DNA of 64,000 nucleotides from Azolla caroliniana (lineage: Eukaryota > Plantae > Polypodiophyta), in contig JBHGNT010000006.1 in NCBI GenBank assembly GCA_043228905.1, positions 20,956,001-21,020,000 of the forward strand, written 5' to 3'. This document shows, in pieces, positions 18,991 through 31,900 of this stretch (within the stretch, counting starts at the first letter, position 1; the number at the start of each line of letters is the position of its first letter). The notes beneath the pieces are model-generated. The model did not search any database. It had not been told where the DNA came from and saw only the letters and a list, made by a program, of their open reading frames with translations. The position numbers and the translations under genes are program-made.

Positions 18991-21900
18991 TCACTTCGGC
19001 ATGGGATGTCTCTCCAATCCAATCCTCTTCCGGCATGCTTCCAGCTTGTCGGGTGTGAGCACCTTGGTCAGCATATCCGACCCGTTCTCGTCCGTGTGGA
19101 TCTTCATCAGCACGAACTCCTTGTCTTCTATCCTTTCCCGGATCCAGTGGTATCTTCGCTGGATGTGCTTCGTCCGGGAGTGATAGGCCGCGTTCTTCGC
19201 AAGGTGGATTGCACTCTGACTGTCGCAATAGAGTCGGTACTCCTCCTGCCGGATACCGAGCTCTCTAATGAAGTCCTTCATCCACATTATTTCCTTGCCG
19301 GCTTCAACAGCTGCCATGTACTCCGCCTCCGTGGTTGACAACGCAACCGTCTTCTGCAGCCTCGACTGCCATGAAACAGCTCCCCCTGCATACGTCATCA
19401 CATACCCTGATGTGGACCGGCTGGTATCTGCATCAGCCGACATATCCGAATCGGTGAAGCCGTCGAGTTCGGGCTTACCGGAGCCGAATCGGAGGCACAC
19501 GTTTGCCGTGCCCTTCAGGTATCGGAGTATCCACTTGGCCGCGTTCCAATGCTCTTTGCCGGGATTGCTCATGTACCGGCTCACCACTCCGACTGCATAT
19601 CCTATGTCCGGTCGGGTACACACCATTGCGTACATCAAGCTCCCGACGGCAGAGGCATATGGCACTTTCATCATGTCCTCCTTCTCAGCCTTTGTTTTGG
19701 GACTTTGCTTGCTGGACAGCTTGCAGTTTGCCGGGAGGGTCGATCCGACCGGTCTTGCTTCCGACATGTTGAACCGTTTAAGCACCTTTGTCACGTACTT
19801 CTCCTGTGACAGCCACAACTGCTTCTTGCTCCGGTCCCGGATAATGTGCATCCCTAGTATTTGTCTCGCCGGACCCAAGTCCTTCATTGAGAAGGTTCGG
19901 TGAAGAGCCTTCTTCAGCATCCGTATCTTGACCTGGTCCCGTCCGACGATCAACATGTCGTCCACGTACAGGAGAAGTATTAGAGAGTCTCCTCCTTCGA
20001 ACTTCTTCACAAACACGCAGTGGTCGGACTGCGTTTTGAGGTACCCTTCGTCGGTCATGAAGGAATCAAACTTCCGGTACCATTGCCGGGGAGCCTGCTT
20101 CAGTCCGTAAAGGCTCTTCTTCAACCGGCATACCAGGTGCTCCTTCCCTTTCTTCTCGAATCCTTCGGGTTGCTGCATGTAGATCTCTTCTTCGAGGTCG
20201 CCATGAAGGAATGCCGTCTTCACGTCCATCTGTTCTACCTCGAGGTCCATGCTTGCCGCTATGCTCAGCACCGTCCGGATGGAGGTCATCTTCACTACCG
20301 GGGCAAATATCTCGTCGAAGTCGACGCCCTTCTTCTGCTGAAACCCCTTCACCACGATCCTAGCTTTGTATCTCGGGGGGTTTCCGGCATCTCCCGGTTT
20401 CAGCTTGAACACCCACTTGTTCCGGAGTGCCCGTTTTCCTTTCGGCAACTTCACAAGTTCATATGTGTGATTCTCATGCAGGGAATCCATCTCCTCCTGC
20501 ATGGCACTTAACCACCTGCGGCTATTGGTGTCATGCTTTGCTTCTTCAAAGCTCTCCGGCTCCCCCTCGTCGGTTAGCAGCACGTGCTCTGGTTCCGGAA
20601 ATCTCCGGGGGGCCCTTCTCTCTCTTAGAGGGTATCTCCGTTCCGGAGCTTCGGTAACCGGTTCTTCCGATTCTTCTTCATCCGAATCCATTTCGGGATC
20701 GGGGCCGGTTCCGGTATCATTTTCATCTTCTTCGACCGGTTTTGTTTCTTCACCGTCTTCGGCCGGATCCTCGAGTGCTAACCGGTCCCTTGCCGGTCGG
20801 GACTGCTCTTCGTACAGTTGATCCTCACCGGTCGACTTGGAGCTCTTCATCTTCTTCTTCGACTCCCAGTCGGCGAGTGTCTTGTTCTCCATGAAGATGA
20901 TATCACGACTCCGGAATATCTTCTTGTCGACCGGGTCCCATACTCGGTAGCCGAACTCGTCATCGCCGTAACCGAGGAATATGCATGGCCGGGTCTTTGG
21001 ATCTAGCTTTCCTCTCCGGTCCTTTGCCACATGCACGTATGCGAGACACCCGAACACCTTCAGATGCCGGTAGGATACTTCCCTACCGGTCCACACTCTC
21101 TGCGGCGTGTCTCCGTCCAAAGGTACTGAGGGTGATCTGTTTATCACGTATGTCGCCGTCGACATCGCCTCAGCCCAAAACCCCTTGGGTAATTACGCAT
21201 GCGCCAGCATACTCCGGACCCTCTCCATTATGGTCCGGTTCATCCTCTCGGCCAGCCCGTTTAGTTCCGGCGTCTTCGGCACAGTAAACTCGAGCCGGAT
21301 TCCCTTCGAGCGACAGTACTCCTGGAACTGCCCCCGGTATTCCCCTCCGTTATCCGCTCGTATCGCTTTCAGCTTCTTGCCGGATTCTCTCTCCACTCTC
21401 GCGTGGAGTTCTTTGAAGACGGACAATACTTGGTCCTTTGTCTTCAACGGTGCCGTCCACAGCTTCCGGCTATGGTCATCTATGAATGTTACGAAGTACT
21501 GGGCTCCGCCATGTGACTTCGTTTCTACTTGACACACGTCAGTGTGCACCAACTCCAATGGTGCGCTACGTCTCGTCGGTGGCCTTGAGTGGAAGGAGGT
21601 TCGGTTCTGCTTACCGGCCAGACAGTCGATACACTTCCCCAAGTGTACATGCTTTACCGGTATCAGGTTGTCTTCGGCAAGCCTCTTCATCCCCTTCTCG
21701 CTCATGTGGCACAGTCTCTTGTGCCATAGCTCACCGGCAGTGTCAGCTGCCACGTTCAGCTCCTCAGGACATAGCCGGGAATTCATCAGGTACAGTGTGT
21801 TGACCTTCCGGGCCCGAGCCACTATCAGGCTCCCTTTGCTGAACTTCATGACACCGTTCCGGATGCTACCCGTGTAGCCTTCATCGTCTAGCCTCCCGGC

Positions 21901-23064
21901 CGAAATCAGGTTCAATCGAACCTCCGGAACGTGTCGGACATCCTTCAGCAGCATCTTGCATCCGGTTGATGTCATCAGCCACACGTCTCCTATGCCGGCA
22001 ATCCGGCATGTACCTTCATTTCCCATCCGGACATAGCCGTGCTCACCGGCTGTGTAGGATGAGAAGTATTTCTTCTCCGGGGTCAGGTGGAACGACGCTC
22101 CGGAATCGACCACCCAGGTCATCTCTTCACCGGCAAGGTTCAGCTCCCTCTCTTCGGTAATGAGCATTATCTCTTCTTCACTTGCCGCGAGTGCAGTCGT
22201 TCCTTTCCGGTCCTGCCCTCGCCGATCCGGACCTCTCCGGTCCGTGGCTCCCCGGTATGCGCCGTTTCGCTCCGGTGACTTCTTCGAATCGGTGTCGTCG
22301 GCTCCGTTGTCTTTTCGGTAATGCCGACAATTCTTCCGGAAGTGCCCCGGCTTCCCACAGTGGAAGCATGTGGGCCTTCCTCTTGACTGCGACCGGGTCC
22401 CCGACTTCTCCCGTCTTTGCGGACTCCGGTTCCATTGTCTTCCCCGTTCCGATTCGGTAAGCAGCGCCTTCGAGTCGGAGGCCGGTTCTTTATCTCTCCG
22501 ACGCGCTTCTTCGTTCAAAATACTTGTCTTTACCGTTTGTAGGGACAAGTTTTCTTCGGTGCAGGAGGTGCTGAGAGTCACCACCAAGTTCTCCCAGCTT
22601 TCCGGCAATGTACACATCAGTATGATGGCTTGCATTGCATCCTCCAACGGGAACTTGATCGCCGCAAGCTGGTTCACGAATCCCATGAACGTGCTTACGT
22701 GTTCCACCATACTCTCGCCGTCCCGGTACTTGAGGTTCACTATCTTCCTCATCAGGGAGGTCCGGTTCAACGCATTCTTCCTCTCGTAGAGGCCCGACAG
22801 CTTCTTCCACATCTCATATGCGTTGGTGTCGTTCGCCACATGTTGCAGAACACTTACATCTACATATTGCCGGATCGTCGCTACGGCTTTCCGGTTCAGG
22901 AGCTTCCACTCCGACTCTATTACCCCCTTGGGTATCTCGGCATTGTCGATCGGTTCGTACAGGTCTCGGACGATGAGAAGGTCTTCCATCTTTATCTTCC
23001 AGTCGGCGTAGTTCTGTGAGTTCAACACCATCATGCCCGGAGGCCCACTGCCACCGCCTTCCAT
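18991..23064 (-). pseudogene. Copia copy 1 gag-pol polyprotein with one in-frame nonsense codon (AAA>TAA at 21193-21195)
   Basis: Two same-frame ORFs (21193-23175 and 18991-21165). Motifs CFHCGKPGHFRKNC, WVVDSGAS, IRADNGGEY, QMDVKTAFLHG, LYVDDML and ALSTTEAEY. Confidence 0.93.
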
Positions 23065-23094
23065 TTTCTGTGTTAACCTCGCTCTGATACCACT

Positions 23095-23748
23095 TGTTAC
23101 AAACAGCGCTCGGCCACAACCGAGGAATAGGATCAACTTCCAGAAAACAGGAAATACAAAATGCACGAAGTACAATAGAGAGAAGAGTACACGGGATGTT
23201 TTACGTGGAAAACCCTAACTGGGGAAAAAACCACGGGAGTCCTCAAACTCCAACTATCACTATAGACAGAGATGTACAATGGTGAAGCTACAAGGCAACA
23301 ACCTTGAGCTCACTGTCTTCGCCACAGGCGGCGGCAGTACACAGAGGCAACGACCTCTTCGTCTCTCTCTCTCTCTCTCTCTCGGCTACTCACTTTTCTC
23401 TCTCTCAAAATGAGCAACAACCTAAACTGTTTGCCCTAAGTCATATTTATACACATATGACTTTCGGGCTATTTACAAATATAGCCTCAAGGGCTCTTAG
23501 CAAACATATTCACAGATATGTCCCCGCATCCAGATCTCTCTCCGGGTACATTCGTCATCCGGCTCCGTAACCGGGGTCTTCAGCATCCGGCTCCGTAACC
23601 GGGGTCTTCATCATCCGGCTCCGTAACCGGGGTCTTCATCATCCGGCTCCGTAACCGGGGTCTTCATCATCCGGCTCCGTAACCGCAACCGGGCTTGCCG
23701 TCATTTATCTCCGGGGACATCCCATCCGGAGGGACCGAAATCCCAACA
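23095..23748 (-). repeat. 5' LTR of young Copia copy 1 (654 bp, four full 28-bp U3 units)
   Basis: Followed on the minus strand by the PBS. Confidence 0.95.
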
Positions 23749-23753
23749 TTATT

Positions 23754-25549
23754 GTCTACAATGATCATAAAAATTTAACATACTTTCAAAGTGCTCGAGT
23801 CTTGAATCGACGACAAGCTCGTTGGGCGCAGTTCTTAACTCGTTTCTAATTCTATATCGCCCTGGGATGCAACAAGGAAAAGCAGATGCTTTATCTAGAC
23901 GTTCGTATATGGAACTTCAACCTGGAGAGGCCGCATTTGAAAGCCAAAAGCAAATCCTCTTAGGTCCTGATCGTCTACGAATAATGGCAATGCATACCAT
24001 CAACACACCGGGAGATTCAAGGCTTCTTGATTCCATTCGTGAGCAGATTGCGACTGATGCGTTCGCCCAAGAGGTTTTGAGCCATATTATCCCAAATCGT
24101 GCATCTAGCTCCCAAACTCAAAATCCTCGTCTAGACTACACCCAGTTTAGTTGGCATGATGGGTTACTTTTTCGACAAACTCTCTTGTATGTGCCTGACG
24201 GTCCTTCTCGACTCAAAGTCATGCAACAATGTCATGACACACCAATGGCGGGACACTTCGGCATCCACAAGACTTTTGAGTTGATTTCTCGCCGATATTG
24301 GTGGCCACGGCTTCGCCATTTTGTTACGGATTATGTTCGTAGCTGTGATACATGTTGCCGATCAAAAAAGCCTCGACATCATCCATATGGCTTATTACAG
24401 CCAATGCCTATTCCGGAGAGCCCATGGAAATCTATTTCCTTGGACTTTATTACGGATCTTCCACCTTCCAAGGGATTTGATTCGATTCTCACGGTTGTCG
24501 ATCGTTTTACGAAGATGGCACATTTCCTTCCATGCACAAAGACCATTACTAGTCAAGAGACAACTGATTTACTCATGCGGGAGGTGTTTCGCCATCATGG
24601 TCTTCCGGATGATATTATCAGTGATCGGGGTCCCCAATTCATCTCGAAATTTTGGCGGCACATGTTCAGACTCTTACATACTTCTTGTAAACTCTCTTCC
24701 GGCTACCATCCAGAGACTAATGGGCAGAGTGAGCGCACCAACCAAACAGTCGAGCAATATCTACGTTGTTTTGTCAACTATCAACAAGATGATTGGGTGG
24801 ATTTACTACCTTTGGCAGAATTTGCTTATAACAACTCCGAGCATTCTTCTACTGGATATTCCCCATTTTTTGCAAACATTGGGTACCATCCTCGTTGGAC
24901 GATGCTTGAACATCCTGAACTCCCAAAAAACCCAGCTGCTGAAGATCGGCTCACTCGACTCCAAGAAGTTCAGGATATGCTTTTGCATCATTTATGTGAA
25001 GCCCAAAACACTCAAAAGAAGATTGCTGACCGTCATCGGCGTGATTCATCGACTACATTTCAAGTAGGCGATCGTGTATGGCTCTTACAAGGTAGCATTA
25101 AAACGACCCGACCTTGCTACAAATTGGATTATCAACGTTTTGGCCCATATGTCATAAGTGGTAAGATCAATGATGTGACATTTCGACTTGATCTTCCTCC
25201 TCATATGCGTCTTCACCCGGTCTTCCATGTTTCACTTTTGGAGCCTTACACAACGAGCTCTATTCCGGGTCGTGTTACACCTCCCCCACCTCCAATTGAC
25301 GTTTCCAATGGCTCTGAATATGAGGTTGCCGCTATCCTCGACTCCAAGATCATTCGCAACAAACTATACTACTTGGTTGATTGGTTAGGCTATACACCTA
25401 ATGATCGAACATTGGAGCCTGCCGAACATCTTGCCAATGCCTCCGACATGGTTGTTGCATTTCACAACCAATATCCTCATAAACCAAGTCTGAACTCTTT
25501 TCTTCCGACTCGTGCAACTCGTCATCGAAAAGGGGGGATAATGTCATGA
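23754..25549 (+). pseudogene. pol: Gypsy-2 Pol 3' part: end of RNase H, integrase (HHCC, DDE, GPY/F) and group I chromodomain
   Basis: VYNDHKNL...NRRQARW, then a frameshift near 23847. ORF 23822-25549 has SLDFITDLP, ISDRGPQF, GQSERTNQ, GPY and EYEVAAILDS...YLVDWLGY. Confidence 0.9.
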
Positions 25550-26083
25550 AGACATACATCTTGGCTTATCATGACATTCATCTTGGCGAACCAAGAATCG
25601 AACCCATAACCTCTTGGTTTACATATTGTACTTTAACCATTGTAATAACATATGTGAGATGTAATCATAATAATTATATGTTTAGTTATTACGAGATATT
25701 TAGAACATTCTAGATTATTCTAGAATGTTCTTGAATATTTCATGATTATATTTATTATTATTATTATTCATAAATATCTAAAATATTCTAGAACATTCTA
25801 GAATACTCCATAAGGGCCTATAAATAAGAGTCCATACACTCATCACAACTCATTCGGTTCAACACCAGTCTTTAGCCCTTAGCCTACTCCTTGTAATCTT
25901 CTTTCTCATAATATAATCGCATTCCCATTTCTTATCTCTCACTTATACTTTTCTCTCTCTCGCACTCTCTCCCTCTTTCACTCTCTTTCTATCACTATCG
26001 CTATCTCTACCGCTCTCGCCATCTCTATCGTTATCGTTATCTCTATCGCCATCGCTCTCCCTCTGCTTCCTACTCAAGAGTCA

Positions 26084-26088
<5 letters not shown>
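25542..26088 (+). repeat. 3' LTR of Gypsy-2 (contains the second copy of the antisense tRNA-like cassette at ~25584-25655)
   Basis: 547 bp, near-identical to 14709-15255. Confidence 0.95.
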
Positions 26089-26114
<26 letters not shown>

Positions 26115-26159
26115 TTAAATTGTCATCGTCTCAGGTTAGTTCTCTCAATCTCTATTAGG

Positions 26160-27569
26160 ATGGCTGACACAACAACAAGAAGTGAGTTGATGATTGTTTA
26201 TTGATGTGGTAGTAATGACGGTTGTGAAAATTACAAGAAGCAAAAGTGTATCAATTCTACAGAACATGAGAAAACATCATATGATGTTATTCTTGGTGGG
26301 AAAGATGTTATTGGAGATGATTATGATATTGATAGTCGTCGTGATTTTGTTAACGCTTTGCTTTCTGATTTTATGGAACAAAATGAGAAAGATGCTAAAG
26401 ATTGTGTAGAGGTCGTGATGGAGACCAAGTCTATGTTAGCAACTTTTGACAGGTTCTATCATCGTGGTGTTATTTTGTATTTCACTAGCAAACTTCCTTT
26501 GGTATCAGGGATTAAGCGGTGGTTGAATTCATTCATAATGCCCAATTGTGTTGAGGATCATGTATATGTGGGTCCAAGAGGTTTCTATGATGTGGTTTTT
26601 TGATCGTCAGAACACCGTACGACTTTGATGGCAAAGGTACCAATCTTTTTTTATAGAAGATTAGTGCATGTGATGCAATGGGTTCCGGTGGTGGATTATA
26701 AAGATTTATTAAAACAACAATGTCCAATTTGGGTGACCATTGATTGTAGTAACTCATTCTTTTGGGATTTACTACCAGTAGTGATGTCTCAAATTGGCAA
26801 AGTTTTGGTTGCTCCTCATGTTAATTCATTGAACAAATATAGATTTTGCATGTTATGGGATACAAGTTGTAAACTTCCAGGATGGTTGAGTATAGATACA
26901 TCTCAATTTGGTTGATTTCATTTTAAGCTTCAATGGGAGACTTTTGTAGGACATTGTTTTAAATGTTGGGCATTTTATGGCTGAATGCCAATATCATGGT
27001 GAACTATCCCTAGAAATAATGTCAAAGGGAAAAATAAGGAAGATGTTGAGAAGGATATTGTCTCAATGGTTGATGTGGTCATGGATGAGGGAACATCTCA
27101 TGGGTTAGAGCGAGATCCTAAAGTTCATGGTCATGTTAGAGGCGTTGGGGAGGAGAATGGAGTATGTATTAATGATGACCCAAATGTTAAAGATGGAGAG
27201 TGGCATCAAGTAAAGCATAAGATAAAAGGGAAAGGTGTTGCCATACAAAGGGACACAAAAAATACTAACGGTAAGGCATTACCAAAAGATAATTTGAGAT
27301 TGAATGAGGGGTTTAAGAAAAATCCTTGGCAAAAACAAGTGTGAAATCAGAGATTGTCCAACCAATTACAATTCGATTCTTCGGGAAGGGCGGTACGACC
27401 TCAATTAAATCAAGGACTTCATTCTCGTGGAGCTAGAGAACAAAACCCTAATATTGGTGGAGGGGATGTAGTACACACGAATCCTTATGCAACTCTTGAA
27501 CAAGTAATTAGTACATTCATGAATACACTTGCTCATAAAGAGCAAGTTCTTACTAAAGGTGTTAAATGA
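26160..27569 (+). pseudogene. LINE ORF1 pseudogene
   Basis: Fragments 26358-26603, 26625-26915, 27066-27344 and 27354-27569. Confidence 0.65.
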
Positions 27570-30500
27570 AAGTGGTATCATGGAATGTGAGAGGGGCATC
27601 TTCTCCTCATAAGAAATATATATTATGGAAAACTTTATTTGATAAAGAATGGGATGTTTTATGTGCAGTTGAACATAAGTGTCATGATTTAGCAGGATAT
27701 GTGTTACATTTGCGTGGATATTTCGCATATTATGCATGACAGTTATCACATCATTACTCAAGGGTTGTCATGATTATTCGTGATTTGTTTTGTCCACATA
27801 TAGTCTATAATGATCCATATGGACGTTTTTTGGTGATGGAAGTCAAGTATTTTGAGGATTTGATATTGTCTGTAGGAATCTATGCACCCAATAATGCTAA
27901 TCAACGGATTGAGTTATGGTCTTCAATGTATCCATGGTTATTAGTGGGTCATGTTGGTTTATTAATGGGTGATTTTAATATGTGTGTTGATGCTTCACAA
28001 TCTACTTCACAATTCTCATTGATGGATTCTCCTGAGCAAGCAGTTTGGGACAAATTGACATCAGAGGTTTTGAAGTTGGATGTATGGAAATGGTTGCATC
28101 AAGATTAGGTTGGGTTTACATTTCAGCCTATGCAAAATAGGGAAACATGGAGTAGGTTAGATAAAATGTATGTTATGCATGATGAGTCCTTTTTGTCCAA
28201 GATGCTTAATATGTCAATTATGCAAGAGGTTGTGACATCGGATCATTTTCCCATATGTTTTGAGTTTAATAAACTGGGGTAGATATGTACAAAACATTGC
28301 TTGATCGAGATCCTTTGAGGTTTAATTCTTCTTTATTATTACATTCCTTATTTGATGCCTATATGCAACAAATTTTTGGCATGTTTTCAGAACAAGTTAT
28401 TTCAAAAGGATAGCATGCATGGAATACAACATTACAAAACATCAATGATATTCATCCATCATATGTATGGTATGACTAATGCTAAAAGACATAAGAAATT
28501 AATTGATAAGTTTTCATATATTCTTACGTGATGCAATGTACTATTGATGAATAATCCGCATGATGAAGAGCATTTGGATGTTCAAGTTTAAGTACAAGAC
28601 ATTGTGAAGAATTTGTCTTGTCAAAGTTGTCAACAGACAAGACTACATCAATTAAAGGAGGGATTTCTAAATAATCAATCACAATCTCATATGTTTTTCA
28701 AGGATTAAGATCACCATATGCTTGTTCAAATGTGGTACAAATTAAGATAGGGGATGACATTGTTGTAGACCCAATCAAGGTTATTGAGTTATGTATTACT
28801 CATTTTAAGAATTTGATTGGGCCAAAGTTGATTATTAATGAGGATGTGTTAAAAGCACGACAAGAGTTTTACAATGTAATTGGGAGTGTCATGAATACAA
28901 ATATTTGTCAAGAATTGGATGCTGATTTTGAAGAAGCTGAGGTGGAAAAGGTATTGTTAAACCTTCCAAATTGGTAAAAGCCCTGGTTGGGATGGTGTTA
29001 CAAATGAAGTTTTTAATAAGTATGTCGGCATGATTAAGAGCCCATTCACACAAATGTTTCAACAATGTTGGATTCTAGTTTCATGCCTGAGAGCTGGAAG
29101 GTGGGCTTAATCAAATTGATACCAAAGGTACCATCTTCGAAGTCATTTCATCAATGGAGGCCTATTTCATTGATGGGAGGGTTGTACAAAGTGTTTGCAA
29201 AGATATTATCCAACAGACTTCAGAAGTTCTTACCTCAACTTATTCATCCATATGGTTTTATTACATGTAGAAATATATTGCATAATGTTTTGAATGTTCA
29301 AATGGCTACCAATTATGCTTGACATACACATCAAGAAATGGTTATGGTGCAATTAGATTTGGAAAAAGCATATGATCATGTTAATTGGTCTTTCCTCTCA
29401 AGTGTGATGTATAATATGGGGTTTGGTCCTCGTATGTGTCGACTAGGGCAAAATGCAACCTCACGTGTGATTCTTAATGGCGGAGTTGTTAGGATTTCGG
29501 TCCCTCCGGATGGGATGATGAAGGCCCGGTGAGAACCGAATGATGCAGGCTCGGTGTTAAGCTCTCACCGGATGAAGGGACATATATGTAAATATGTTTC
29601 TGTTAGTCCATTGTGGCTATATTTGTAAATAGCCCGAAAGTCATATTAGTATAAATATGACCTAGGGCAAACAGAGGTATTGTTGTTGCAGATCATTGTG
29701 AAGAGTGTTGTTGCATATTGGTGTAACTACTGTACAGAGTGTAACAGAGAGAGAGAAAGAGACCTTGAACAGTCTGTGTTGTAACCGCATGTTGGCGAAG
29801 ATTGAGAGGACGAGGTTGTTGCCTCTGTGACTTATTACTTTTGTATTCTTCTTACATAGTGATAGTTTGGAGTCTGTGGGCTCCCGTGGTTTTTTTCCCC
29901 ATTTAGGGTTTTTCCACAAAAACATATTGTGTACTTTCTCTTGCTCTATTGTTTGTGTGTATACGTGTATTTCTCCCTAATCCCATCTTGTTGTGGTTGA
30001 TCCTAAGACTCAGTTGTGGCTGAGCAATATTTCGCATATTCTCTACAGGAGTTACTCCGAAAGTGTTTCTTACTAGATTCGTGCAGCAAGGATGTCCACT
30101 AAGCCCATTGTTATTTTCTATTGTTACACATCCTTTGTTAGTAATGTTGTCAAATCTTGCGGCCAATTGTGATATTTTGGGTTTGCATCTTCCTTCTGGT
30201 GGACAATTGGTGGCACAAGCATTGGTTGATTATTATTTTATGTTTTTACAAGCCTCAAAAGAAAATCTTAAAAGGAGTATGCAAGTTAGAATTCAATTTG
30301 CTTTGGCTTTAGGATTATATATAAATTGGAGGAAGTCTCGCCTTATTTCTTGTACGGAGAGTGATTTGGAATGTTTGGGATGGCGAGGATTAAGGATTAC
30401 ATGAGGATCAATTTATCAACATTTGGGTTATCCATTGGGTGTTGATGTTACAAATTTTCAATTGATTGATTGGATTGGTAGTAAATTGAAGGACAAATTT

Positions 30501-31900
30501 ATGTATTGGAAGTCTCAATTATGGCCCTTTCATGTACAACTCAAAGTGGTGCAATGTATATTAATACCCATTTTATTATATTTTTTGCCTTTACCACCTT
30601 GGACTAAGAAAGCATTACAAAACATGTTACAACCTATTTTGTTCATGTTGTGGCGGAAGGGAGAAATGATGGGAGTTACATGAATTTCATGGGACCATTT
30701 GGCTACTCCTAAAAGGTTCAGTGGTGCAGCAATATTGGATTTGGAACAGCATTTGATGGCTCGTAAATTTGCATTATTACAAGATATATGTCAACAAGAT
30801 CAACCATGGATATCTATGATGCAATATTTTATTGAGCATGAAGGATTGGTGCGCGGGAAAACAAAGATTCAAGCATCCTGGTGGTCATTACTCAATGGAA
30901 GTATTCCTCTAAAGATTCAATGTTCTGTATGTGGAAAACATTTGGTAAGATCGTGGCAAGATGCATTATCTCTTTTTGAATAGGGACCATCAAGTGATCG
31001 AGAATATTGTAATTCATTACAAAATGAATTGCTTGTTTCTTCTTGAGTGTTGTTTTGGCATGGGAAAGAGAAGTTGAGATCTCATTGCAATCGTTTATTT
31101 CGATTGGGGATTGTACATTTGGAAGATGTTGTTGATAATGAATCTCAAAGGTTGTTATATTTTGACAATGCCAAGCGATGGTTATGTATTCCCCCAAATT
31201 ATGGATTTATTTGGAAGAAATTACAAGATATACCATTGTTGTGGGGATCTTTGCCATTGAAACAAATTTTGCACCTTGGGTAGATTGGTAGTTACAAGAT
31301 GGTACATGCTTGTGACAGGTCACTACAAATATATTGTATCATCATGCGATGACATCATTATCTTGGTTATCTCCTAAGGCAGCGAAGTTGTGGAATGTAT
31401 GTAAGTCAAATGCAAGGTGGTGGAAAATATTACAACGTGGTTGACATTCCCATCTACCGTTTCGTGCAAAGGTATTTATATGGAGAGTCATGATTGGTGG
31501 GCTCCCATTAGGGTCGGCCTTAAAGAGACGAGGACTAGGGTCCATTGGAGGATAGTACACATAGGTTCATTAAATGTCCTATAGCATGTACCATTTGGAA
31601 GTACTTATCGGACATTTGGTAAGTTTTAACCCGTTGTTGTTTGAGACCTCAACAATTCTCAATATGTTCAAAATGGTTCAAATGATGAAATGGAGATATT
31701 GTTCCAAATTTTACATTATTGGGGTCTACAACACAATTGGAATATGCGTAATGCTTTCATGTTGGATAATAGACATGGGGTGAAAGTCTATATAAAGAAG
31801 CTAAAAGGTATTCTCATGTGGAATTTTTGAATGTTAGAGCATGTGGGGATCATTTCCTCAAATACATATTTAGGTTTTGTAATGGCATTACAGGACATCC
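27566..31900 (+). pseudogene. LINE ORF2 (endonuclease + reverse transcriptase) pseudogene, split by a solo LTR
   Basis: APE and RT motifs across fragments 27770-28108, 29065-29532 and 30063-30983. The 3' end is approximate. Confidence 0.85.
29487..30047 (+). mobile_element. Solo LTR of the young Copia family inserted in the LINE RT
   Basis: TGTTAGGATTTCGGTCCCTCCGGATGGG...CTCTACA. Perfect TSD GGAGT. The LINE frame NGGV|TPKVF rejoins across it. Confidence 0.92.

Larger units (their letters stand above)
18298..23748 (-). mobile_element. Young Ty1/Copia element, copy 1 (Tnt1/Tork-like), nested in Gypsy-2 RNase H
   Basis: LTRs at 18298-18980 and 23095-23748. TSD TTATT. PBS (minus) TGGTATCAGAGC at 23081-23092. 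PPT AGGGGGAGTT at 18981-18990. Confidence 0.96.
14709..26088 (+). mobile_element. Gypsy-2: young Ty3/Gypsy chromovirus (Tcn1/Tf1-like), inserted in a (GA)n tract and interrupted by a Copia element
   Basis: 547-bp LTRs (TG...CA) with only one difference seen. TSD GAGAG. PPT GAAAAGGGGGGATAA at 25527-25541. gag, PR (LLDSGA), RT (YLDD), RH, INT and chromodomain. Confidence 0.96.

Noticed and set aside
21193-21195. In-frame stop as a possible programmed readthrough site
   Set aside because: The other two copies have AAA here and stops elsewhere, so it is a private mutation.
19001-23019. Many long antisense and alternate-frame ORFs in the young Copia copies (e.g. 19268-19903, 44719-45231, 59056-59622)
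   Set aside because: Shadow ORFs expected from GC-rich codon usage. No motifs, and lengths vary between copies.
23065-23175. N-terminal extension of Copia gag into the LTR
   Set aside because: Non-ATG start from the ORF caller, not conserved between copies. The true start is the ATG just after the PBS.
14709-26088. Apparent age inversion: the nested Copia LTR pair shows ~3 substitutions and the host Gypsy-2 LTR pair ~1
   Set aside because: The counts are too small, and the Copia LTR is CpG-rich and mutates faster. Not evidence of gene conversion.
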